Positions 49,901 to 62,720 of a stretch of 64,000 bases of DNA are shown here, piece after piece; position 1 is the stretch's first letter, and every line of letters starts with the position of its first letter. The stretch is from Octopus sinensis (taxonomy: Eukaryota). The DNA lies in NCBI RefSeq assembly GCF_006345805.1, contig NC_043005.1, positions 94,178,001 to 94,242,000 of the forward strand, given 5' to 3'. A program made the translations under genes and the position numbers. Below the pieces are notes generated by a model. The model ran no database searches. It saw nothing but the letters and a program-made list of their open reading frames with translations, and was not told the origin of the DNA.

Positions 49901-50100
49901 ATGAGAAGGCATTACTAGAAATATAAAGGAAATCAGAATAGTTTGCCTAGTAGAGCTGTTACAAAAGGTTTGCCTCCTTGGAACAGCCAGAATAATCAAG
50001 GAAGTACAAGATAATTGAAAAGAACAGAAAGCATGGTACTGTAAGCTGCAGACAGCAAGACTCCAGGAGTTACATAAAAATCTGAGTTAGAAAAAAAATA
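46400..50100 (+). mobile_element. Chain of short R4/Dong-like 3' fragments interleaved with another (AAT)n-tailed repeat (46955-47385, ~47930-48240)
   Basis: Repeated RLE C-termini: HNRPDPVVVDK...IVDVACPFD (47405-47830), WDFDFQTDK (48245-48720), 48750-48960, 48960-50090. Confidence 0.8.
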
Positions 50101-50109
50101 ATACTAAAA

Positions 50110-53100
50110 AGACAATAAAAAGCTTCAGGGCCTATTGTGTACTGTGAAAGCATTCAGTGATGACACTGGGATGGAATTTGACCTTCATCAGTGCCAAGGT
50201 CACTTTCCAGAAATGGAAATTGAAGACCTCAAATTTGTTCATGTTAGATGTTGAGACAGTTATAAAAAAACTTGTACAGGAATAAACTTACAAATATCTT
50301 GGAATAAATGAAGGCTCTGGCATTCAGCATGCAAGCATGAAAGACAAAATCAGGAAGGAATGTTTCAGGAGAGTTCAAGAAGTCCTGAAATCTGAGCTAA
50401 ATGCACGTAGCAGCAAGGTGTTAGCCATAAATTCTTTAGCAATTTCAGTTGTTATTTATAGTTTTAATGTTTTGAAATCGTATATCAGCAAAATAAAGAA
50501 AATCTCTTACAAAACCACCACAATTGGACTCGCAAAATATTTTGAAACATCTAACGAGTGGATGCTAAGACCTGTTGAAAGCCATGAGAAAGGTAAAAAG
50601 TTTCATTCTGTTATGAAAGAGAGTAAAAACTTTGCTAGTGAGTTCATGTATAATACCCAAGTTGAATAGTATGATGGAAGTGTTGCAACGGTTGCTGCAA
50701 AAAAGGTGAAATCAATAGCAAAGAAAAAGGTATATGAATAATTGGTTGATAGGTAGGAGCTGAAGCTGCCACTGCATAACAAATATGTGGCCCTTAGCAA
50801 ACAGGCTGATGTAGACCAGAAGCACACTCATCAGTGGCTACGGAGCTCATGGCTAAAAGGCAGAGAGTGAAGACTTCATCTTAGATGCTTGAGAGCAGAG
50901 TGTATTGACCTGGAACTGCCAAACCAATGGAATGACAAATGGAGTAGACTGAAAAGAGCCAATACTGCAACAATGAGATTGAAACAGTAGACTATCTATT
51001 CCCTGAATGTAAAGTTTTAGGACCTATAGAATATAAATCAAAACATACTTGAGTTGGTCAATATCTACACTGGTTAATATGCTGGCTTTTTAAAATAAAA
51101 ACTGCTGACAAGCACCACTCTGAGGCTGTAACCAAATGAGAAAATGTAATGATTCTTTGAGACTTTCCAGTATGTACAGACCAGACCATCAAAGTAAATA
51201 AACCAGATATTGTTGTAAAAGACCAAAACAATATAGTCTGTTTATTGATTGACATGAGAATACCTTATATCTTGGCAAAAAAATTTGATAAGTTGATTGA
51301 AATCAAAAAAATTGTGGCATCTTAAGATGGTTACAATATCAGTAATTGTAGGAGCACTTGGATTGATCAAAAATGGAATTGAAAATTATTTGAGGATGAA
51401 CCCTAGCTTACCATCCATGCAAGACCTGTAAAAGATTGTTTTAACTGGTACGTCATACATATTGAGAAGAGCATTGTCGCTGTGAATTTTCTTTCCCTTT
51501 TTCCCTTTTATTTTATTTTCTCTTTTCTTTTCTTTTTTCTTTTCTTTTTTCCTTTATTTTCTCTTCTTTTTTCTATTACATAACTTAACTTTGTAAATGA
51601 ACAATTTGGTGTGTTTATTTTAATGGTCTACAAATATATACAGTCAGCTACTTTGCCCTAGGTGTCGGGGAAAATACTTAGCAAGAAATGGAAACAAAAT
51701 TTTAAAAGTAACAACAACAACAATAATAATAATAGTTATAAAAGAACGTGAGCAGGAACAAACTTACAAATACCTTGGAATAAATGAGGGCTCTGGCATT
51801 CAGCATGCAACCACGAAAGAGAAGATCAGGAAGGTATGTTACAAGAGAGTTCAAGCAGTCCTGAAATCCAAATTAAATGTATGTAACAAGGTGTTAGCTA
51901 TAAATTTTTTAGCAATTCTGGTTATTATTTACACTTAATGTGTTGAATTGGAATATGAGTGAAATAAGAAAGATTGACAGGAAAATCTGTAAGCTGCTGA
52001 CTTACAATAAGATGTACCAACCAAAGGCAGATGCAAATGGTTTTTACTTGCCCAGAGCTCAAGGAGGGCGAGGTTAGACCCAATTTGAAATTTCCTATAA
52101 AACCACCACAATTAGACTGACAAAATATTTTGAAATATCTAATGACTGGATGCTAAGACTCATTGAAAATCATAAGAGACGTAAAAAGCTTCATTCTATT
52201 TTGAAGGAGACCAAAAATTTGCTAGTGAGTTTATGCATAATACCTAGATTGAACAGCATGATGGAAGTGCAGCAACAGTAGTTGCAAAGAAGGTGAAATC
52301 AATAGCAAGGCAAAATGCATTTGAACAATTGGCTGATAGGTGGGATCAAAACCTCTGCATGGCAAATATGTGGCCTGTAGCAAACAAGCCAAAGTAGGCC
52401 AGAACCACACACATTAGTGGCTACGGAGCTCTGGGCTAAAAGCAGAGAGTGAAGGCTTTATGTTGACTGCTCAAGATCAGAGCTTATTGACCTGAGCTGC
52501 CAAATCAATGTGATGAAAAATGGAGTAGGCCCAAAGTGCTGATTCCGCAACAATGGAGTTGAAACAGTGGACCACCTAATCTCTGGGTGTAAGATTTTAG
52601 CACCTGTAGAGTATAAATCAAGGCATGACAGAGTTGGCCAATATCTACATTGGATAATGTTTCAGTATTATAAAATCAAAACTGCTGATAAATGGTACAA
52701 GCACCACCCTGGGGCTCTAACCAAGGGAGAAAATGTAATGATTCTCTGGGACTTTCCAGTATGTACAGACCAGAACATCAAAGCAAATAAACCAGATATT
52801 GTTGTGAAAGACCAAAACAATATAGTCTGTTTATTGATTGACAGGAATATACCTTGTGACCATAATATCTCAACAAAGGAATTTGATAAGCTCAAAAAAT
52901 ATAAAGATTTAGTAATGGAAATCGAAAAGATGTGGCATCTCAAGACAGTGATTGTAGGAGCACTTGGAATGATCTAAAAAGGAACTGAAAATTATTTGAG
53001 AATGTTCTCTGTCTTACCATCCATGCAGAAAGTACAAAAGATTGTCTTAACTGATACATCACATGTACTGAAAAGAGCATTGTCACTGTGAATTTTCTTT

Positions 53101-53120
53101 CCTATTTTTCCGCCTTATTT
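50110..53120 (+). mobile_element. Two further R4/Dong-like fragments in tandem (50110-51720, 51735-53120)
   Basis: YKYLGINEG, HLISGC...HDRVGQYLHW, ILWDFPV.TD...ANKPDIVVKD, LRRALSL-like ends; separated by (AAC)n(AAT)n. Confidence 0.88.
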
Positions 53121-53124
53121 CCAT

Positions 53125-54290
53125 GAGAACCAATGAACTGAAGTATTTCGGATTGCAAGTCAGTGTGTGAGAGAAAATGTTGATGTCATAGGAGAGAAAT
53201 GTGTCCGCATGGATGATGGTGCACTTGCTTTTAATGACTCTGTAAAGAAAAAGATTTGGAGATGCCATTATGAAAGACTGTTGAATGTGGAGAATAAATG
53301 GGCAGAGGAGAGCATGCCAAATGTTGACCCAACTGGAGGACCAGCTATCCAAATTGACAGTACCCTGGTAGATAAAGCAATTAAGGATATGAAGACAGGA
53401 AAAGCACCTGGCCCACTGGGAATCACCACTGAGATGCTTAAAATATCTGGCAGTGTGGGTTATGGTCTAGTTGCCTGTATTGTAAATCAAGTGGTTCAAG
53501 AAGGAGTCATACCCAATGACTAGTGTAGCAGCACCATAGTTGAAGCTACAAAGTTGAAGGTGATGCTTTAGATAGAAATAATTACAGAGATATCAAATTG
53601 TTGGATCAGGTGATGAAATTTGCAGAGTCATAACCCAACTAATTAGGGAGAGAGTTAGTCTAGATGAGATGCAATTTGGTTTTGTGCCAGGTAGAAGCAT
53701 CACTGATGCTATGTTTCTGGTAAGACAACTGCAGGAGAAATACCTAACCAAAGATAAACCCCTGTACTTGGCATTTGTTGACTTGGAGAATGCTTTTGAC
53801 AGAGTCCCTTGATCCCTTATCTGGTGGTCAGTGAGGAAATTAGGGATAGACGAGTGGTTGGTGAGAGTTGTACAAGCCTTGTATAGGGACGCAACCAGTA
53901 AGGTGAGGGTGGGCAAACAAGTACAGTGAAGAATTCGGGGTACAAGTAGGTGTTCACTAAGGATTTGTGCTCAGCCCCCTCTTGCTCATCATAGTTCTCC
54001 AGGCAATAACAGAGTGTTATGTGTAGTTTGAGTTCTAATGGGATAGACAACCAAATGAAAGCCATTGTTATTGTAAACGTGTTTATTTACTATTCATGTT
54101 ACATGAACTCGACCTTCAGCGTAGTAATACATAATATACTTTACACACAGTTTGTACTATTCACTAACAAAATAGTGCCAAGAGTGGGGATGTAATCTTT
54201 GCACGTATACACATAGATATGAATGTGTAACACAGAGGAATTCAAGACATTTCTGAACATCATACCCCTATATTCTAACTTGGCTTAATA
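53125..54290 (+). mobile_element. RTE family C RT fragment interrupted by a solo LTR
   Basis: KTGKAPGPLGITTEML, QFGFVPG, LYLAFVDLE; LQAITE|EFK resumes after the LTR. Confidence 0.88.
54015..54232 (-). mobile_element. Solo LTR of the Mag-type family with 5-bp TSD CAGAG
   Basis: TG...CA 218 bp; CAGAG at 54010-14 and 54233-37. Confidence 0.95.
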
Positions 54291-54594
54291 GACAAAGAAA
54301 ACCATTTATCAGTTGGTGACTGGGTCATCAGCATCATTATCATCACTCACTTTCCACCACTATCACCACCATCATCAGGTTTTAAGTCGGCATTAGTTAG
54401 ACTATATATTTCTTTTACAATTACTCATGCATTGTTGACACATCTATCAGCAGAAATCCTCCATGTGCTATTGAAAGAGGTATTTCATTGGGTGAGGAAG
54501 TAGCTAGGAATTACTACTATAGGAAGAAACAGAATATGAGGAATATGGAAACAAACTAACAAAAAAATAAGCGATTAAAAATATATATTTATTT

Positions 54595-54600
54595 AAAAAA
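54595..54600 (-). terminator. Pol III T6 terminator of tRNA-Asp
   Basis: TTTTTT 9 nt downstream of the discriminator base on the minus strand. Confidence 0.85.
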
Positions 54601-54609
54601 GTAATTCGC

Positions 54610-54681
54610 CTCCCCGGCGGGGAATCGAACCCCGGTCTCCCGCGTGACAGGCGGGGATACTTACCACTATACTACCGAGGA
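54610..54681 (-). tRNA. tRNA-Asp-GTC: tRNA-Asp (anticodon GTC)
   Basis: TCCTCGGTAGTATAGTGGTAAGTATCCCCGCCTGTCACGCGGGAGACCGGGGTTCGATTCCCCGCCGGGGAG: full cloverleaf, intact A/B boxes, 72 nt. Confidence 0.96.
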
Positions 54682-55447
54682 ACAGCTGATAACCTGGTTA
54701 AAATTTAAGAATATATTCGTAGTAATATAATTTTTTTTTTTCCCTAAATGTGTTTTCTTGGTTTTTACAGTTCCTGCTGCAGAACTTTTCGTGTCTCTTA
54801 ATTATGGATGTTGAGTGATGATCAAAAGTATTACATCAAGAAGCATTCTTTCGATAGAATGCCCATAAGTTTTGTTTTAAAGGTTCAAAACCTCAGCAGT
54901 TACCTCGAAGTATGTAATAAACAAAAATGGCAATCACTCGTTGTCATTGTTTACTGCTGTTCGCTCGTTAGTTTCCAGGAAAATTATTTATTCACTTTTG
55001 TTTTCATGATGTGTCGAAGACGACATTAACTCTTATGTGGCAATCTTACGGTTCTAGTATACTTTTCCGTCGATTTCCGTAAAAAACTTTTATTTTTTTA
55101 CATATGGGCTTGCGGGAACTTTTGAAGTAATGAGAGCGAAAGAGACTAAGAGAAAGCGATTGTATGACGAGGGAAGTTCTTTTGAACTTACCGTGCATGG
55201 GAAGCATTGATGTACATGTGTGTGTGTGTGTGTTTGATGGGGTGTGGGAGACAGAAAGTATGTTGTGTAAGTGAAGTGCTTCTGTTAGTATGTGTGAAGA
55301 GACAGAGTAATGTGTGAAAGAGAGATAACTGAAATGTTTTACTCGGTTTTTGTAGTGCGTGCGTGTATGTGTATATGTATGTATGCATGTATGTGTGTGT
55401 GTATATGTATCTATGTATGTGTGTGTATGTATGTGTGTGTGTATGTA

Positions 55448-55479
<32 letters not shown>

Positions 55480-57088
55480 GCCGATTCAGTGTTTACATTA
55501 TTTCGAGTTAAAACGAAAGATTACCTTTGCCTGTTTATGTAACGGTCTGCTATGTAGAAAATAATGAGGTTGACTCAATGGAATAATGACAGTGATCGAA
55601 GATATGGGCAAAAAATTTTTATTTAATCGTTATACATGCCTTGTCGACTGCTACTGTGCAGCCTTAATGTCTCTGTTGATGTGACGATGGTGAAATGGTA
55701 AGAAAAAGACGGGAGAGTTATAAAATGAGGAGATATTCTTCTCATGAGAAAAGAGTTGCATGCAAAGGAAAAAAAAGTTAATAGTCTATAGATGTGCACA
55801 GAAACTGGGTGCAAGCATGCATATATATGCATGTGTAAACATTGTGTTGTGCAGCAAAAGGAACGAACAGTACAAAATGTGTAACGAAAAGTGACAAAAT
55901 TCGATTGGTAATGTCCTGTGTGAAAAGTCTATGCTGAAAAGTGAGAAAAGGTTAGTTCTCTTGGTTGGGTAGCTGTCCTAAGTGTTGCATTTATGTATGG
56001 CAACTGTTTCCCTCGTGGATCTGTGCATCGGGTTGCAGTACATGTGGAATGTAATTGGTGTGTGTCCATTGAGTCGGTGACTTCATTCCTTTCGTGTTGT
56101 GTTGGGCGTGTGACGATGGAACTGAAAACTATGCGTCGTGAAAGTTCGTGTCCTATAATTCTTGTTGATGCGACTGGCACGGACTGTAATTGTTTTCAAG
56201 AGTTCATGCAATGCTAAAGTAGTAAGTCTTTGAAGTCGAGCTCACCAAATGTAATGGATAAGGTAACGAAGACTGCAGTTCTGTGGCTCGGGGGTCAGCA
56301 ATTGTGGCAGGGTTGTTGTGTTCGAATCACGTTGTGGGTAACCAGCTGTATCGTTGTATCGTTGTGGTTGATGTATTCTAATAACGTCGGTCTGTCACCA
56401 ATTGTCGATGCTCGATGCTGACAATAGAGAATGTGAAGGTGGCATTGTCACTTCTTCATTTCGGCCGACTGTAGAAAAAGAGGTATATCACTGTGACACC
56501 TATTGTTTTCGTGTGGTGTCTGTGTAGACGCGGAAAAGTTCTAAGTCAAACGGAAAACATCAATTGACTTAGCAAAGCCATGTGATGAAATTAACTCAAA
56601 GTACTACATATGTATTTGTAGCTACAGCTCGTTCTAACCATTTCTCTTATTTCTGTAAAATGAATTGTGGAAGCAAATTTCAGAGAAGAAACTGGAAATA
56701 TCAACTGTGCATGGTAGCAAATTGTTTCATGTTTGATTTAAAAAAAAAAAAATTTGGTTCAGACTCTCGATGTAATGAATACCAAATTAAAAAGCCATTA
56801 CAAAAAATAGACAAATAAAAAATTAAACATTAGACCAAATTTTGCTTGCACGGGTTATTTCCGTGTATAGAAGACAATTTTGTAAAGGTATTTTAAAATT
56901 CCGAAAATCATAAAAGTTACAAGATCCGAAAGGCGCATGGAGAAAAGAAAGGAATGCAAATTACTAAGATACAAAAAGAAGAAATTAATAATAATAAATA
57001 TAAAATTATACAGATTCCCATGAATTTGAGGCTAAATTAAACAACAGAACACATTTTATGAACTTCATAAAACACATTTTTGAAATCA

Positions 57089-57473
57089 TCTCTCTATATA
57101 TAAACGGCAGTTTGTCTGTGCGTGTTTCTGTGTGTCTGTTTGCTTGTACCCTCACCCTGACCACGGCTTTCAACCGATTCTGATGAAACTTGACACACAC
57201 ATAGCCCAATGTCATAATTCAAAACTAACGCAGCCAAAATTTTGAAAAGTTTCCCCAGTTCTGAAAAAAATCGATAAATTCGACATGGGGTCGAGAATCA
57301 GAAACACGAACCACAAACTGTCTAGGGGACGCAACTCCATCCTTTTTTAACTCTCAAAAAAAATTTACCATCATTTTTTTCCATTTTTTTGCTATTTTTT
57401 GGTTATAACTCTCTAAAAATGCTTTATAGTTATTTCCCTTACAAACCTGAGCAACGCCGGGCGATACTGCTAG
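57089..57473 (+). mobile_element. Non-autonomous Helitron sharing its 3' end with 7315-8129
   Basis: A|TC start, hairpin CCTGAGCAACGCCGGG, CTAG|T end; last ~90 bp nearly identical to 8040-8129. Confidence 0.85.
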
Positions 57474-58388
57474 TACAGGATAATACTGTCTAATACATTT
57501 TATGAAGCTCATAAAAGTATTACTGCTGTTGTAACGTCGCCAACAAAATTCATGCTAATATGTTGAAAACAAATTATCGGACGTTCCATGCATTTTCCGA
57601 TAATTGGATTTCACGTGACTCCACATCCCTTCCATGGTGTTTGTGTAGATTGAGGCATCGTTGGGATCCACAAAGCTCACACTGTGGTTCACAGTCAAAT
57701 GGTTGGGTAGGCTGTTATACGCTCGCCATGAATCTGTGATAATCTTAGTTCCTGGCAATACATGGCGGGTAATAATAGGCAACAATGTTGCTGCACTTCT
57801 GTCCTGCACAGGAACTAAGACACATCTCAGACTACAGCGCTCGATCATCCCTAAAACCCAGTGACCTTCTCGATAAGTACCACGATGATATTTCCTGTGC
57901 ATGAACTTGGATTCATCGATCTCTACAACAACATCTTCTCCTCCAAGTTGCACAGGGTGGTCAAAACACCATATGGCACAAACATCGCGGAAGTAATTGT
58001 ACCAGTTGACAATTGCCTCTGGTCCAATTCCAACTTCACCCATCACAACACTCTGTTTACATTCAATTATCGCCCAGTAATACATCAACTCGAGGAGACA
58101 AGTCAATGGTAGGTGTGAACCCGCGAAAAACGAGTCTCGCCTAATGCTACGATATTGCTTGCAAACAGTACACCTCCACATTTTCCCATCTGATACTGTA
58201 TTGCGTGATGCAAGGTACATCCGCCCATTACAACATTCCGATGAATTGTGGATCAATCCCACAAATGCCAGGAATTAGATTGCTGAATCCGCGTTACTCA
58301 TGACATGAATGTCTCGCAAATAGTCAGATCTTTGAGTTATCTCATCAACGGAAAGGACAGATTCAACAATCCTATATCGTCCAGCCAT
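57474..58388 (-). pseudogene. Merlin (IS1595/ISXO2-like) DDE transposase with two nonsense codons
   Basis: WRCTVCK, SIRRDSFF, VEIDES, HRKYHRG, WVLGMIER, TDSWRAY, TVNHS..FVDP, NTMEGMW, Y*HEFCWR; ATG at 58388 in frame through a TAA; TIRs not located. Confidence 0.9.
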
Positions 58389-59179
58389 AGTGGGATCTTA
58401 TGGAAGAGTATATGATGTAATTAATAGTAATTAAGAAAATGTACAGGAGAGTTTGTTGCCAGATATGTGTGTGTGTGTGTGTGCTTGTGTGTCTGTGTAT
58501 GTGTGTGTGTGTGTGTGTGTGTGTTTGTGTGTGTTTGTGTGTGTGTGTGTGTGTGCTTGTGAGTCTGTGTTTGTGTGCAAAACGAAAATAAAATAAAGAT
58601 ATTACGTTCCAAAAGTCTGTTCGATCAGTCGTATTAAAATGTGGAGAAAGACACAATGAAATTGTTACAGAGCTGCGTTGGAGCTAGTAAGCTGGCAAAG
58701 AGTGTGGGACATTGATATCCTAGCAGTCCTTTCCTGACGATTCCTTACTAAGTCATGAAATGGCTTGTTCTGTTGATGACAAGTGACTAACTTACTTTCG
58801 CTTGGTATGTGCTTGCTTATATTAAGATCCAGAAGGATAGATATATCATTGAGAACAATAGATTTAGTTGATTTAGCTTATGGTGTAGTAGAAGAGGTTA
58901 GAAAGGGTCAAGTGGTGAAGACATTATTTCAGCCTAGCTAAAGGCATCTGGAAAATGTAAAACTGCTGCCAGAGAATAACGATTCGCGACACATTAAACA
59001 CAAAAAAATTAAAACAATATTCATCGAAATTTCGCCTATTTTTTTATTCTTTTACTTGTTTTAATCATTAGACGGCGGTCATACTGGAGTGCTTATTTTT
59101 TTAAAGTCTGGTACTCGTTCTATCGGACTTCTTTTGCCAAACTGTTAAGTTATTTATTTTTTAAATGGCATTATTGAAA

Positions 59180-60156
59180 TAAAAGAGCAGTGGTGTGAAC
59201 TAAGTCGGTGGAGCGTTCGACAAAAAGCCACGCGCTATTTTAGCTGTGTGTCCGAGGGAATTTCGAGTGGAGAAATTTTAGGGATCTGTTTCCTTGCTTC
59301 AGTCAATAGATTGCGGTCAAGCTGGGGCACTGCCTTGTTGAAAAAATAGTCTTTCTTCTTACAAACGTAATTACAAGTGTTCCAGAATATGGAATAATTC
59401 CTTAAAATAACGAAAGATAACGAAACAAAAAAAAAAAATTCATTTTAATTGTGGCATTTATTCCGAAGGAGCGATGAAGGGAGGGGGCAAGTTTGTAAAA
59501 AGATTTTTTGCTACAGTGCAAATTATAGTGCAAATTAATCGCCATATGGGCGATCCTTCGGTATTGATCTGCAAGAATGTCAGTATAAGAAGACGATGTC
59601 ATTTACTTTCTTTATCAGCTTAGTCCCTTTCTCTGTCATTATTGAAAATTGTGTGGTGAATGTCTACCAATACCGAAAGATTGCTTTACATGTGTTTTAG
59701 ATTGTCTTACATGTGTTTTCTTGTAAAAATGACAAAAATTGAAGAAATTCCATTTTGTGTGAGACAGTTATTCCGAACGAAATTCTATCGTGTGCCTTAA
59801 ACATTTTGAGTTCAAATCCCGACACGGTCGAATTTGCTGTTCATCGTTTCGGGGCTCGATAAAATAGAGTACCAATCAAGTACTGCGGTAATCGATTGCT
59901 GCCCTTCTCAGGAGCCATAAACAAAAACACGTTGTCAGTTGACGTAAACGGTACCAGAACCGTAACATCGCCTACTTTTCTAGTGCATTTTGCCGCACCT
60001 CTTAGTTACGGGGATGTAGACACACCAACACCGAGTTGTCAGCGGTATTGGGACATAAACGCCCACCCATCCACACACACACAAATATACACATGCACAC
60101 ACACACACATACATACACACACACACACATACATACATACATACATGCATACATAC

Positions 60157-60243
<87 letters not shown>

Positions 60244-60740
60244 AAGTGGGGTTTAACTGGGATCCATCATTTGTCGGTTCTTAAGCGAAAGAAAATTATT
60301 AAAAAATTTTAATCGAGGTAGAGGATTGGAAGAATCGATGGAATGTCGGACAAAATACCTGCACTAATTAAGTGCAGCCTTTTTACGTTCTCGTCAAAAT
60401 CGCTGACCGCGGTCAGCTTTCGTTTTCATCATCCTTCTGATGTCGATAAAATAAAGTAGGAGCCAAATACTTGAGTGATTATCCGAATTACAATAAATAT
60501 GTATACTGATTGTGAAGGCACGAATTCAAGTAGTTTGGGTGTTGTGGGGTTCGAATCCTAGACAGGCAATCCGTTGTGTTTTTGAGCAAAAGGCTTCGTT
60601 TCACGTTACTACGATCGACACAGTTTTAAATGGGCAACCCTACCCGTCTAGCCTCAGGGTGGCATCACTCAGAAGCTACAACAATGCGAGGAAGCGCATT
60701 GTGACCAGTGATATGTAGCAACATCCAACAGTCTAGTCGG
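59180..60740 (+). mobile_element. Degenerate SINE fragments and microsatellites
   Basis: B-box-like GAGTTCAAATCC (~59810) and GGTTCGAATCC (~60548); segments resembling the SINE body at 2861-3060. Confidence 0.55.
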
Positions 60741-61335
60741 TACAGTGATTTGTGTTGATTCTTAAGTTTGGATGAGTTCGTGTGCCGTGGGGAGAAGAGG
60801 AATTTGGCATTTCGGAACTGTCCCTTCGTATCAAAACAACACACACGCACGCCCACGCATACGCATATATATATGAATGTGTAACATCCTTTCTTCTTGA
60901 AAAAAATAAAGGGGTCTTTTGGCAGTGAAGACAAATATAGTAGTCTCCCTTACTCTAATGGATTGTCAGCGCGAGGTGGCAATCCTGCAGCAGAAACCGT
61001 GAGATTATTCTGCCTCTGCTTTGTAATCTAACAGAATTAGTTACTTATCTTTTCGTTTTTTTTTGTTTGCTTTTTTTTGTTTGTTTTTTTTTAAAAAACT
61101 TTATCATGAATAAAAAGAGAAAATATTTACATTTTTTTTTTATCAAAATATACCATTAGTTTCAATTGCCTAAAAGAATTTAATAAGAAAATGAAAACCA
61201 AATTGAGTAAAATTAAATTAATCATAGCAGTTTTTGAAAGTTCATGTATATATTTTTTTTTTGTATGAAATTCATATGGTAGCAGTTATTGGTCTTCTGA
61301 TGTCTGCTAAGCCATAAAAGTAGTTTTTTTTTTCT

Positions 61336-62720
61336 TTAACGGTATCGAACCGGTGGCAGGATGTTCTTTCTCCATCTGGTGGATCTTGTGCTTCGCACCG
61401 GTGTCTGAGGTGTGTTGTTGGGCTGCTGGTGGGTGGTTTGTGCCCGTTGGGGTGATGATTCTGTGGGTGTTGTCACTGATGCAGCAGGTGTTGTACACGT
61501 TGTCCTCAACAGCTTTGGTGTTGGGCAGATGTGGGTCCTGTTGCGTCTCAGCTGCCTATCAGATTCTGTTTCTATCATATTTGATCTTGGAGTTTCAACT
61601 CTACTGACAACCTGTGCTGGGATCCATGTTTTAGTTGTGGGATCTTGAGTATGCACATGTTGTCCTCCAAGTATCTCAGGTAAATATTGTGCATGTTTGT
61701 TGTAATATTTCTGTGATTGTTCTTGAGTGGCTGCTTGTCGGGTTTTTTCCATAGCTTCATGTAAATTGAAGTCATGTGTGGTCTCATCCTTGCCATGCAC
61801 TTGGATGTCATCTTCTATTCCAATTGCTCCCTTGCAGCCTTGGTAGGTCTCATCTATTTGGCGCTGGAAAACATCTTGGCTCACCTTCGGTGTGTTGAAG
61901 GTAGTGAGCATGGATGACTCTTTGTCTATCTTTACATTCCAGTACCCATTACTGGCATCCAGTTTGCTGAATAATTTGGACCCAGCCAATGATGGTGTGA
62001 TTTCTTCAAGGGTTGGAATTGGATGGTATTCTCTTTTTAATGCCTTGTTCAGGTCCCTAGGGTCAAGGCATATCCGTAGGGTACCATTGGGTTTTTCCTT
62101 GATTACAATTGAATTCACCCAGTCTGTTGGTCGTGTCACTTTGGTGATTATTTCTTTTTTTTCCATTCTATCCAACTCTGTCTTCAGCTTCTCTTTTAGT
62201 TCTAGAGGGACGCGGCGAGGTGGGTGAACAATTGGTTTGATATTGGGGTCGACTGTTATATGATATCGACATTTCACAAAGCACCCGACTGTATCGTCAA
62301 AGCATTCAGGGTACATGCTTACCAGTTCCTCTTTGTTTGTGATTGGTATTCGGTCTTTGATAGCCATATCTCTGTCAATCCTGCTCGGAGTTGCCTTCAC
62401 TTCACCATTGATTGACACAATATTTAGCTTTTTGCAGGTATTGAGTCCAAAAATTGCTGGTCCTTCTGTTCTTGTGACATAAAAAGAACACTTGATTATT
62501 TTTCCTTTGTGTGTCCCTGTAATTGTTGTTTTACCCAGTTGTGGAATCCTGGTACCTCCGTACGCAGTGAGGATTACATCACTTGATGTGAGGATTCCTT
62601 CTTTGATTTTATCCTCTTGTGTCATGTGTTCTGGGAACATCTTTTTGTAGAGGTTGACATGTAAGATATCACTCTGGGCTCCAGTGTCAATCTTCAGCCT
62701 TAAGTCAATGTTTATTCGTT
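61336..62720 (-). pseudogene. pol: Deleted pol: protease + partial RT fused in frame to post-integrase tail
   Basis: KIDTGAQSDIL upstream and in frame with the 434-aa track ORF; LRICLDPRDLN, FSKLDASNGYW; lacks RNase H and integrase. Confidence 0.88.

Noticed and set aside
57054-57072. TTTTATGAA-C-TTCATAAAA resembling 57498-57516 as a TSD or Merlin duplication
   Set aside because: Short AT-rich palindromes that are not positioned at the Helitron boundaries; Helitrons make no TSD.
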